Assembly (NCBI GenBank): GCA_964568875.1
Contig: CAZMSH010000003.1
Location: 32,761-96,760 of the forward strand
DNA length: 64,000 bases
From: an uncultured Rikenellaceae bacterium
GTDB taxonomy: Bacteria; Bacteroidota; Bacteroidia; Bacteroidales; VadinHA17
Direction: 5' to 3'
In this document: one piece after another, positions 40,611 through 49,548 of the stretch
Layout of the letters: each line of letters starts with the position of its first letter
How positions within the stretch are numbered: position 1 is the stretch's first letter
Made by a program: the position numbers and the translations under genes
Notes under the pieces: generated by a model
The model's database searches: none
What the model saw: the letters and a program-made list of their open reading frames with translations, nothing else
Told to the model about the DNA's origin: nothing

Positions 40611-41207
40611 CTACCCTTTTTCTGTCTTAAGGTAAATATTGTAGAGCAAACCCTTGGCTCTGTTAAGGCGAGCCTTGACGGTGCCGATAGGGATGTTCAT
40701 TTCGGTAGCTATTTCCTCATAAGAGAATTCCCTGAAGTACCTCAGTTCTATAAGGTCGCGGTACATGGGTTTGAGCTGCTTAATCACCTCTCTCAGCTTC
40801 TTGATTTTCTGGTCGTTTATCATTATCTCCTCGGGGTCGGGAAGATCAGACTGCAGGGTTGCGGTTATCTCTTCCTCTTCATCCTGAATCTGGTCGTATG
40901 GCGACGGGGTCATTCTCTTCTTTCTGATAAAGTCGATGCAGTTGTTGGTGGCAATTTTGAAAAGCCAGGTACTGAAGGCAAAATCAGGAGTATAGGAATA
41001 GATGCTCTTAAAGGCTTTACCGAAGGCTTCTATAGTGAGATCTTCTGCATCTGAAGTATTTCCGACCATCCTGAGCATAAGGTAATAGATGGTGTCACGG
41101 TACCTGTTGAGCAGAGTTGCATATGCCTTGCCGTCACCCATCCTGGCTTTTTCCACCAGTATAAGGTCTTTTTTTCCTTTTTCTGACAGCCCGTTAGTTA
41201 CCTCCAT
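40611..41207 (-). CDS. Sigma-70 family (ECF-type) RNA polymerase sigma factor
   Basis: Region 2 (DAEDLTIEAFGKAF...FSTWLFKIATNNCIDFIRK) and region 4 HTH (FSYEEIATEMNIPIGTVKARLNRA). Confidence 0.85.
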   Translation of the reverse strand: MEVTNGLSEKGKKDLILVEKARMGDGKAYATLLNRYRDTIYYLMLRMVGNTSDAEDLTIEAFGKAFKSIYSYTPDFAFSTWLFKIATNNCIDFIRKKRMTPSPYDQIQDEEEEITATLQSDLPDPEEIMINDQKIKKLREVIKQLKPMYRDLIELRYFREFSYEEIATEMNIPIGTVKARLNRAKGLLYNIYLKTEKG

Positions 41208-42331
41208 GCTTTTTTGCCGGCTTGATTTCCAAATTTAGCAATATATAACAGAGAGTTGACAATAGGAGAGATAATATCAAAAAATATTGCAGCAGCAATT
41301 ACGCCTTTCTCATTCAGGCTTCCGGCTGCCCTGACGAAGGTTACTGTTTTTGTAACCAGAACTATTGCGGTAGCCGCTGCTATTGCCTGCCATTGCCATT
41401 GCAGCGCAAGCAGGGTAGCTGCCGTACTGTAAAAGAGTAATCGTGACAGTGGTTCAATAAAAAGCCTGAACCTGTCGCCTGCGCGGTAATAGGGTGCAGT
41501 GGTAAAATGTCTTCTTTTCTGCTTGATATACTCCCTGAGACTTCTCGCCGGCAGTGATCTTGTGTGTGCATCCCTGTCAATTACCACTGCGGTGTTGCCT
41601 GCTGTGGCATTGGCATTAACGAAAAGGTCGTCATCGCCGGAAGCCAGGTGGTAGTGTGATGAGAAGCCATTGTTTTTCATAAACAGTTCCTTCCGGTAAG
41701 CCAGATTTCTGCCCACACCCATATATGGAACTCCCCTCTTCGCCATTCCCGTGTATTGCATAGCTATGAAGAAGGCATCATAACGAATATAGAGATTAAG
41801 TAATCCTCTCGATTTCATATAGCCTCCATACCCCAGCACAATATCCTTCCCCGCGGTCATTGGAGCAGTCATTAATGCGAGCCATCTGTCTGATTCAGGC
41901 CGGCAGTCGGCATCTGTGAGCAGAAGAAGGTCGTTAGCAGCTGCTTTAATTCCAATAAGCTGTGCAAGCTTCTTGTTATGGTGGAACCGGGGGTCTTTAT
42001 TAATTGTTGATATTTTAAGGTGAGGATATTTGGCTTTAAAGTCAGAAAGTACCATATCGCTTTCATCTTCAGAAGAGTCGTTGACAACTATAACCTCGAA
42101 ATCACCATGCTTTTGCTCCAGCACGGCAGGAAGAAGCCTGCGGAGGTTACCTGCTTCATTGCGTGCACATATGATAACCGAAACAGGGATGTCGTTATTT
42201 TCTGCCGTTGTGCCGGCAGGTGATCCTGAGACAGCAAGATAGTACCTGAGATAATAGAACATCTGAACGAAAAACGCCAGTGCAAAAAGCAGCGTCAGAG
42301 CATATTCAAGAGCATATCGGTAGATTTCCAT
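41198..42331 (-). CDS. Membrane glycosyltransferase, family 2
   Basis: VSVIICARNEAGNL and VIVVNDSSEDES motifs, plus DAD and flanking TM helices. Start moved to MEIYRYALEY at 42331; the listed 42502 start would overlap the tgt start region. Confidence 0.78.
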   Translation of the reverse strand: MEIYRYALEYALTLLFALAFFVQMFYYLRYYLAVSGSPAGTTAENNDIPVSVIICARNEAGNLRRLLPAVLEQKHGDFEVIVVNDSSEDESDMVLSDFKAKYPHLKISTINKDPRFHHNKKLAQLIGIKAAANDLLLLTDADCRPESDRWLALMTAPMTAGKDIVLGYGGYMKSRGLLNLYIRYDAFFIAMQYTGMAKRGVPYMGVGRNLAYRKELFMKNNGFSSHYHLASGDDDLFVNANATAGNTAVVIDRDAHTRSLPARSLREYIKQKRRHFTTAPYYRAGDRFRLFIEPLSRLLFYSTAATLLALQWQWQAIAAATAIVLVTKTVTFVRAAGSLNEKGVIAAAIFFDIISPIVNSLLYIAKFGNQAGKKAWR

Positions 42332-42464
42332 ACAGGCAGATGAATTTACCGGCAATATTAACAAGTTATTTCCATCATCAGAAATTGAATTATCAACAAC
42401 TAAAAAAATCGCCTCCCCTTTCGCGGCTAATGCAGATAGTTTACCTTTGTGTTCGTTTTTCAAC

Positions 42465-43604
42465 ATGAGCAGGATATTCAGCATAGAGGCTAAAGAGAGC
42501 AATTGTTCAGCACGTGCCGGTGTGTTAACAACAGGGCACGGCGAGATTAAAACGCCCTGTTTTATGCCTGTAGGAACCGGAGGGACAGTAAAGGGTGTGC
42601 TTCCGCGTGATCTGAAGGAAGAGGCCGGAGCAGCAATAATACTTGGAAATACATATCATCTTTACCTGCGTCCGGGAACATCAGTAATTCAGCAGGCAGG
42701 CGGTCTGCACAGGTTTATGAACTGGGACAGGCCGATACTTACTGATAGTGGAGGATATCAGGTTTTTTCACTGGCTGCCAACAGGAAGCTTTCAGAAGAG
42801 GGAGCTGTTTTCAAGTCACATATTGACGGTTCGAGACACTTCTTCTCGCCTGAAAATGTAGTGGATATACAGCGTGCTATTGGCGCTGACATCATAATGG
42901 CATTTGATGAATGCACGCCCTATCCCGCCGGTCACAAGGAAGCCGAAAAATCGATGCACCTCACTCACAGGTGGCTTGACAGATGCATAAACCGCTATGA
43001 AGCAACGGAACCGCATTATGGTTACAGGCAGTTTCTTTTCCCAATAGTACAGGGAAGCACCTATGCTGATCTCCGGCGTGAATCGGCCGGCTTTGTCGCA
43101 TCGAAAGATTTTGAGGGTAACGCTATCGGTGGATTGTCGGTTGGTGAACCTGCTGAAGTGATGTACGATATGGTCGAAGTTGTCAATGAGATACTCCCTG
43201 TCGAAAAACCACGTTATCTTATGGGAGTGGGAACACCGGTAAACATACTCGAGGCTATTGAAAGAGGCGTAGATTTGTTCGACTGTGTTATGCCAACAAG
43301 GAATGGAAGAAACGGAATGCTGTTCACTACAGAAGGTATTATCAATATTCGCAACAGAAGGTGGATGGATGATTTCTCTCCAATAGATGCCGGCATTCCT
43401 GCAGGCATAAGTAACAGTTTCAGCAAGGCTTACCTGAGGCACCTTGTGATTTCAGGAGAATTGCTCGGACTTACCATTGCCAGTATTCACAATCTCTCAT
43501 TTTACCTCTGGCTTACAAGGTCGGCAAGGGAGAAAATTGTTGAAGGCAATTTTAAAACATGGAAGAAGGAAATGGTTGAAAGACTTTCTGCCAGGGTTCA
43601 ATAG
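42465..43604 (+). CDS. tgt: tRNA-guanine transglycosylase (queuine insertion)
   Basis: FMPVGT, LTDSGGYQV, GLSVGEP and CVMPTRNGRNG motifs. Start at MSRIFSIEAK. Confidence 0.93.
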   Translation: MSRIFSIEAKESNCSARAGVLTTGHGEIKTPCFMPVGTGGTVKGVLPRDLKEEAGAAIILGNTYHLYLRPGTSVIQQAGGLHRFMNWDRPILTDSGGYQVFSLAANRKLSEEGAVFKSHIDGSRHFFSPENVVDIQRAIGADIIMAFDECTPYPAGHKEAEKSMHLTHRWLDRCINRYEATEPHYGYRQFLFPIVQGSTYADLRRESAGFVASKDFEGNAIGGLSVGEPAEVMYDMVEVVNEILPVEKPRYLMGVGTPVNILEAIERGVDLFDCVMPTRNGRNGMLFTTEGIINIRNRRWMDDFSPIDAGIPAGISNSFSKAYLRHLVISGELLGLTIASIHNLSFYLWLTRSAREKIVEGNFKTWKKEMVERLSARVQ

Positions 43605-43608
43605 TTAG

Positions 43609-44694
43609 ATGATGAAGATCGTAGACCGGTATATAATCAAGAAATTTCTCGGCACCTTCGTGTTTGCCCTGGCTCTTATACTTACCATTGCCGTCGTTTT
43701 TGACTTCGCCGAGAAGATTGACGACTTCATGCAAAACGAGGCTCCGGCGAAGGCCATAATATTTGATTACTACCTGAATTTCATTCCCTATTTTGCAATA
43801 TTATTTGCTCCGCTCTTTGTTTTTATCACGGTGATTTTTTTCACTTCCAAGATGGCCCAGAATACTGAGATAGTAGCAATACTGAACAGTGGCATGAGCT
43901 TCAGACGTATGATGTGGCCCTACTTTCTCTCATCCCTGGCAATAGCAATCTTTACCTTTCTGATTACAAACTTCGTAATACCCCAGAGTAATCTCAAGAG
44001 ACTCGATTTCGAAGACAAGTATTATAAGGCAAGGTACAGAAACACCCAGCTGGTAAACATACACCGTCAGGTGTACCCCAATATTTACATGTACATGGAA
44101 TCTTACAATCCCATCAGCAGGTCGGGACGGAACTTTACGATCGAGCATTTTGACACTGACGGAAGGCTTCTCTCCAAACTGTCGTCCACTTCGGTCAGAT
44201 GGGATACTCTATCCAACAAATGGAGTGCATGGAACTATACCATACGTGATATTGCCGACTCGCTTGAGGTTATTTCCACAGGCCGCAGGATAGATACTAC
44301 ACTTACAATCAGTCCGGCTGACTTCTCAAGGAGTCCTGAATTCGTCGGTACCATGACATACCGCGAACTAAATGATTATATTGATCTTCTGAAGCTGCAG
44401 GGTTCGGAAGAGATCAGGATATTCCTGGTAGAAAAGCACCGCCGCTTCTCTGTGCCTTTTTCTGTATTCATACTTGCACTGATCGGGGTCTCTCTCTCTT
44501 CGCAGAAGGTACGGGGAGGTATAGGGATGAAGATAGGAATAGGGTTGATGCTGAGTTTCACCTATATCCTGTTTCTGCAGTTTGCCTCGCAGTTCTCCCT
44601 GAAAGGGAACCTCGACCCGATGCTGGCCATGTGGATACCCAACATTGTTTACACTTTTATAGGTATATCGCTTTACCGGATAGCACCCAAATGA
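43609..44694 (+). CDS. LptF/LptG-family LPS export permease
   Basis: YjgP/YjgQ-type topology: N-terminal TM bundle (IVDRYIIKKFLGTF), a periplasmic beta-jellyroll segment and a C-terminal TM bundle. Confidence 0.8.
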   Translation: MMKIVDRYIIKKFLGTFVFALALILTIAVVFDFAEKIDDFMQNEAPAKAIIFDYYLNFIPYFAILFAPLFVFITVIFFTSKMAQNTEIVAILNSGMSFRRMMWPYFLSSLAIAIFTFLITNFVIPQSNLKRLDFEDKYYKARYRNTQLVNIHRQVYPNIYMYMESYNPISRSGRNFTIEHFDTDGRLLSKLSSTSVRWDTLSNKWSAWNYTIRDIADSLEVISTGRRIDTTLTISPADFSRSPEFVGTMTYRELNDYIDLLKLQGSEEIRIFLVEKHRRFSVPFSVFILALIGVSLSSQKVRGGIGMKIGIGLMLSFTYILFLQFASQFSLKGNLDPMLAMWIPNIVYTFIGISLYRIAPK

Positions 44695-44888
44695 TTATTC
44701 GCTGTTCGAAAATGGAAAACCGGCAAGGTGTTGTACATGAGTTATATATGGTCTCAGAGTTGTCGCCTGACCGGCTCTGTTCGAAAAAACAACAAATAGT
44801 CATAACATAAATCGCGTTATTTTTGTAAAATTGCACCGCCAATTCAAGGTGGATTAGTAAAAAAGAGAAACAATATAGGAGGATAGTT

Positions 44889-46433
44889 ATGCCACTTGAC
44901 AAGAAGATTGATGAACTAAAGGAGAAGCGCCGCAAGGCTCAGCTTGGTGGAGGAGAGGAGGCTATAGAGAAGCAAAAGGCCATGGGTAAGAATACGGCCC
45001 GGGAGCGGATACTTGCTCTTCTTGACACCGACAGCTTTCATGAATATGATCTTTTCGTTGAACATGATGCCCGGGATTTTGACATGCACAAGAAATCGCT
45101 GCCCAGTGATGGTGTTGTAATCGGCACTGGTACAATTCACGGAAAGCCTGTGGCTGTTTTTGCACAGGATTTCACTGTAGCCGGGGGTTCACTGGGTCTG
45201 ATGCATTCAAGAAAGATAACCAAGATAATGGACCATGCCCTTAAGATGAGGATACCTCTTATCGGCATCAACGATTCAGGCGGGGCAAGGATACAGGAGG
45301 GAGTCAACTCTCTTGCCGGTTATGGAGAAATATTCTTCCGTAACACGATTTCAAGCGGAGTGATACCTCAGATTTCGGTCATACTTGGTCCGTGTGCCGG
45401 AGGTGCAGTATACTCACCGGCGCTTACTGATTTTGTTTTTGTAGTTGACAACATATCAAAGATGTTTATCACCGGACCGGAGGTTATAAAGACTGTTCTC
45501 GGTGAGGAGATTTCTATGGAGGATCTCGGTGGTGCCAGGGTTCACTGTGAAACATCAGGAAATGCTCATTTCTTTGCCAATACAGAAGATGAGTGTTTCG
45601 ATCAGATAAAGGCTCTGATAAATCTTCTCCCACCCAATAATGAGAGCAGGCCAGAGAAGGTGGAAATTGCCGGTCCGAAGGCAGAATTCGATATAAACAG
45701 CATTGTTCCTGACGATCCTACGCTGCCGTATGATGTGAAGGATATTATCAGGGCTGTTGCTGACAATTCTGAGTTTATCGAGGTGCAGGAGATGTACGCC
45801 AGGAATATTGTTATCGGTTTTTCACGACTTGGCGGACGTACAGTGGGATTTGTTGCAAATCAGCCGCTTGAAATGGCCGGTGTTCTTGACGTTGACTCCT
45901 CAGATAAAGCGGCCAGGTTTATAAGATATTGTGATGCCTTCAATATACCGCTGGTGACTCTTGTCGACCTGCCCGGATATCTCCCCGGGGTTGACCAGGA
46001 GCATGCCGGTGTAATTCGTCATGGCGCAAAGGTGCTATATGCCTACAGTGAGGCCACTGTTCCGAAACTTACTGTCATTTTAAGGAAGGCATACGGTGGT
46101 GGATATATTGCAATGAGTTCACGCCATCTGAGGGCAGACTTTGTATTTGCATGGCCAACTGCTGAGATTGCGGTAATGGGACCTGAAGGCGCTGCCAACA
46201 TCATTTTCCGCCGCGAGATAATGTCAGCTGAGAATCCTGATGAGGTCCGTAAGGCTAAAGTGGAGGAGTACAAGGCTAAGTTTGCAAATCCGTATGTAGC
46301 TGCCTCACGTGGTTATATCGATGCCGTTATTGAGCCGTCAGAGACACGAAAACTGCTTCTGCATGCTATCGAAGTCTCAGAGAACAAGGATGTTACAATG
46401 CCCCGTAAGAAGCACGGGATACCACCTTTTTGA
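44889..46433 (+). CDS. Acyl-CoA carboxyltransferase (methylmalonyl-CoA decarboxylase alpha / propionyl-CoA carboxylase beta type)
   Basis: Full-length carboxyltransferase pattern: QDFTVAGGSLG, GARIQEG, GPCAGGAVYSPALTDF, GYLPG..QEH.G.IRHGAK. Confidence 0.88.
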   Translation: MPLDKKIDELKEKRRKAQLGGGEEAIEKQKAMGKNTARERILALLDTDSFHEYDLFVEHDARDFDMHKKSLPSDGVVIGTGTIHGKPVAVFAQDFTVAGGSLGLMHSRKITKIMDHALKMRIPLIGINDSGGARIQEGVNSLAGYGEIFFRNTISSGVIPQISVILGPCAGGAVYSPALTDFVFVVDNISKMFITGPEVIKTVLGEEISMEDLGGARVHCETSGNAHFFANTEDECFDQIKALINLLPPNNESRPEKVEIAGPKAEFDINSIVPDDPTLPYDVKDIIRAVADNSEFIEVQEMYARNIVIGFSRLGGRTVGFVANQPLEMAGVLDVDSSDKAARFIRYCDAFNIPLVTLVDLPGYLPGVDQEHAGVIRHGAKVLYAYSEATVPKLTVILRKAYGGGYIAMSSRHLRADFVFAWPTAEIAVMGPEGAANIIFRREIMSAENPDEVRKAKVEEYKAKFANPYVAASRGYIDAVIEPSETRKLLLHAIEVSENKDVTMPRKKHGIPPF

Positions 46434-46452
46434 TGATTAATACGGTCGCATT

Positions 46453-46776
46453 ATGGAAAAGCAGAAAGATCTGGGTAAACTGAATATTAATTATACTGAA
46501 TATACCACCAGGCTTAGTAAGAAGTTTACCAGCCGCAAGCCATTTAAGCATGAAACACCCGGTCATGTGTCCTCGTTTATCCCCGGCACGGTCGTGGAAT
46601 TGCTGGTGAAAGAGGGTGACAGTGTGAGGTATGGACAGGAACTGCTCGTACTGGATGCCATGAAAATGAAGAACCGTATTCTTTCATTATGGGACGGAAC
46701 GGTTGAGTCAATTCCGGTAAAGCCAGGCGACAAGCTTCCCAAGGGAGCCGTCCTGATGGTGATAAAAGTCGGATGA
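46453..46776 (+). CDS. Small biotinyl-domain protein (biotin carboxyl carrier)
   Basis: Biotin attachment motif LDAMKMKN within a lipoyl/biotinyl fold-like C-terminal 70 aa. Confidence 0.8.
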   Translation: MEKQKDLGKLNINYTEYTTRLSKKFTSRKPFKHETPGHVSSFIPGTVVELLVKEGDSVRYGQELLVLDAMKMKNRILSLWDGTVESIPVKPGDKLPKGAVLMVIKVG

Positions 46777-46784
46777 GAATAAAT

Positions 46785-46840
46785 GGTGTAGAAGGCGTAG
46801 AAGGCGTAAGAGGCGTAGTGGTGTAATGGGGTAATGGCGC
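46785..46840. repeat. Degenerate 8-9-nt tandem array (GTAGAAGGC-type, 6 units)
   Basis: GTAGAAGGC GTAGAAGGC GTAAGAGGC GTAGTGGT GTAATGGGG TAATGGCGC. It fills the 67-nt convergent spacer between the biotin-carrier gene and ispE. Confidence 0.75.
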
Positions 46841-46843
46841 ATG

Positions 46844-47656
46844 TCAGAGCCAGCCTTGCCAGATGATTTTGCCGGCAGGGAGTGTATAAGGTTTGGAGGT
46901 AAAGATGCCGTAGATTGCTGAGCCGCTTCCTGACATTGAACTGTAAATGGCGCCTGAATCATACATGGCCTTTTTTATCTTTGCAAGTGCCGGGTATTCC
47001 CTGAAGGCATACTCCTCGAAATCATTTTTGATAGCATCCTTCCACTCTTCTACTGGTGTCATAATCAGTTCCCCGAGTCCTGATGCCCTGCCGCGGGGCT
47101 TGCTGTTGGAGTAGGCAAGGGGAGTTGAGATATGAATGTTCTCACGGATAATAATGAGGTAGTATCCATTGAGGAAGCAGGGCAGTGAGGAAAAGATTTC
47201 CCCCCTTCCTGTTGCAAGCACCGGGGCTCCCTGGATGAAAAAAGGACAATCGCTGCCGAGCCTCAGTGCTATGGACTGCAGGTCCTGTGTTCCGGCCTGC
47301 AGGTTGAAATAGCGGTTTAGCAGCATGAGCATAGTTGAGGCGTCTGACGATCCGCCTCCCAGGCCACTACCGGGGGGTATCATCTTGTGAAGGTGGATGC
47401 GTAACCAGGGAATATCATTTGTTTCACGAAGCAGCTTAACTGCTTTGATGACCAGATTGTCTTCACTGCGACAGCCTGAGTCTATGCCGGTCACGGTAAT
47501 TTCATCGGCATCAGGCTCATCTCCGGCAACCACAAATTCGAGTGCATCTGTAAACCGGGTAGGATAAAATACGGTCTCGATATCGTGGAAGCCGTCATCC
47601 CGCCTTCTTACAATGGATAGCCCTATGTTGATCTTTGCCTTTGGAAATGCAATCAT
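46844..47656 (-). CDS. ispE: 4-(cytidine 5'-diphospho)-2-C-methyl-D-erythritol kinase
   Basis: GHMP kinase motifs: KINIGLSIVRRRDDGFHDIETVF and PPGSGLGGGSSDAS. Confidence 0.88.
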   Translation of the reverse strand: MIAFPKAKINIGLSIVRRRDDGFHDIETVFYPTRFTDALEFVVAGDEPDADEITVTGIDSGCRSEDNLVIKAVKLLRETNDIPWLRIHLHKMIPPGSGLGGGSSDASTMLMLLNRYFNLQAGTQDLQSIALRLGSDCPFFIQGAPVLATGRGEIFSSLPCFLNGYYLIIIRENIHISTPLAYSNSKPRGRASGLGELIMTPVEEWKDAIKNDFEEYAFREYPALAKIKKAMYDSGAIYSSMSGSGSAIYGIFTSKPYTLPAGKIIWQGWL

Positions 47657-47963
47657 ACCATTCCCTCTTTAGAAGGTAAAAATACCATTTCTGCTCAGTA
47701 TTATGGTATCGCGGGACTTCATTTTATGTTCCTTCATTCAAAATGATTCAATAATCGGGCAGCTGCCAGTTAAATTGCCCGATATCTGTCATCTCATTTT
47801 CTTTGAGTTATTCGTCTGTCTCTTTTCAACAATTTATAAACAGGATTTTGTTTGTAACAAATCAAATTTCAGGCTTAGGGGCAGGGTACAATTATTAAAT
47901 TTGAAACTGGTCTTTAATTCCAGCTCCTTTTAAATAATCGACAAATAATCAATTATATAGTAC

Positions 47964-49490
47964 ATGGCCAAACAACGTACAGCGCCACGTCCGATCCATT
48001 ATCCTTCACCTGACCAGGGGAGGGTGCCGCCGCAGGCCCTAGATATGGAGGAGGCGGTTCTGGGTGCGGTAATGCTTGAGAATGATGCGGTAATAACTGT
48101 TGTGGATCTTCTGAAGCAGGAGTGCTTTTACAAGGAATCGCACAGAAAGATATTCAACGCGGTAAAATCCCTCAATGCCAAGGAGATGCCGATAGACCTA
48201 TATACTGTTACGGAGGAGCTGAAAGCAAACGGCGATCTTGACCAGGTAGGTGGTCCGGTTTACCTTACCCAGCTCACCTCAAAAGTAGTGTCAGCAGCCA
48301 ATGTGGAGTATCATGCCAAGATAGTTGCTCAGAAATATATACAAAGGGAACTGATAAGGGTGTCTACTGATATTCAGGCCATGGCATATGATGATACCTA
48401 TGATGTAACCGACCTGCTTGACCGTTCTGAGAATGAGCTGTTTCAGATAGCTGAGGGTAATATAAAGCGTGAGGTTCTTCCAATAAATACTGTCATAAAA
48501 CAGGCAATAGAGGAGATGGAGGAGGCCGGAAAGCAGGAGGATGGACTGGTTGGGGTACCCTCGGGGTTCAGCAAGCTTGACAGGCTTACCTCCGGATGGC
48601 AGAAATCTGACCTGGTCATTATAGCTGCCAGACCTTCAATGGGTAAGACAGCCTTTGCTCTTTCCATGGCCCGCAATATGGCGATAGAGCATGGCAAGAA
48701 GGTTGGTATCTTCTCACTTGAGATGGCTTCCGTGCAGTTGGTAAACAGGCTTATAACTGCCGAGACCGAACTTCCTGGAGACAAGATAAAAAACGGAAGG
48801 TTGACTGAAGAGGAGTGGAAACTGCTTGACAAGCGTATAAGGAAGCTTGTAGATGCACCCATATACATTGATGATACGCCTGCCATTTCAGTATTCGAGC
48901 TTAGGGCCAAATGCCGCAGGCTGAAGGCCCACGACAGGCTTGATATAGCTGTTGTCGACTATTTGCAGCTGATGTCAGGTCCGCCTGAAGCAGGCAGCCG
49001 CGAGCAGGAGGTAAGCCTTATTTCACGTTCATTGAAGAGTATAGCGAAGGAACTGAATATCCCGATACTTGCTCTTTCACAGCTCAACCGGTCGGTTGAG
49101 TTAAGGGGTGGCTCGAAGAGGCCCCAGCTATCGGACCTTAGAGAGTCAGGAGCCATTGAACAGGATGCCGATATGGTTGTATTCATTCACAGGCAGGAGA
49201 AATACGGATTGCTCGAGTTTGAGGACGGCACCCTCACCAAGGGAATAGCAGAGATCATCCTTGCAAAAAACCGTAACGGTCCTGTCGGTGATGTAAGGCT
49301 GAGGTTCAGGGATGAGAAAGCTCAGTTCGTTGAACTCGACGAGTTCGAACTTGATGAGATCACAGAAACCTCACCAGCAAGGTCGCAGTCTTTTACTGTC
49401 GGCTCGAAGATGAATAATGACTCGGTTAAAAAGCGGCCGGGGTCGTTTGGTCTTGATGATGAAGACTACGATGAACCTCCCTTCGCATAG
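47964..49490 (+). CDS. dnaB: Replicative DNA helicase
   Basis: PPQALDMEEAVLGAVM N-terminal domain, Walker A ARPSMGKTAF, and DYLQLM, SQLNR and RESGAIEQDAD motifs. No intein. Confidence 0.95.
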   Translation: MAKQRTAPRPIHYPSPDQGRVPPQALDMEEAVLGAVMLENDAVITVVDLLKQECFYKESHRKIFNAVKSLNAKEMPIDLYTVTEELKANGDLDQVGGPVYLTQLTSKVVSAANVEYHAKIVAQKYIQRELIRVSTDIQAMAYDDTYDVTDLLDRSENELFQIAEGNIKREVLPINTVIKQAIEEMEEAGKQEDGLVGVPSGFSKLDRLTSGWQKSDLVIIAARPSMGKTAFALSMARNMAIEHGKKVGIFSLEMASVQLVNRLITAETELPGDKIKNGRLTEEEWKLLDKRIRKLVDAPIYIDDTPAISVFELRAKCRRLKAHDRLDIAVVDYLQLMSGPPEAGSREQEVSLISRSLKSIAKELNIPILALSQLNRSVELRGGSKRPQLSDLRESGAIEQDADMVVFIHRQEKYGLLEFEDGTLTKGIAEIILAKNRNGPVGDVRLRFRDEKAQFVELDEFELDEITETSPARSQSFTVGSKMNNDSVKKRPGSFGLDDEDYDEPPFA

Positions 49491-49548
49491 GCGAATGCTT
49501 TGACTCAGTTGCCGCGAACCTGGCTGTGACGACCGGAGAGGACGGTGT

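Noticed and set aside
47703-47933. 76-aa ORF in the ispE-dnaB spacer
   Set aside because: It lies in a very AT-rich 300-bp intergenic region. Its translation is Phe/Ile/Leu/Cys-rich with no motif, so this is more likely promoter or leader DNA for dnaB and ispE.
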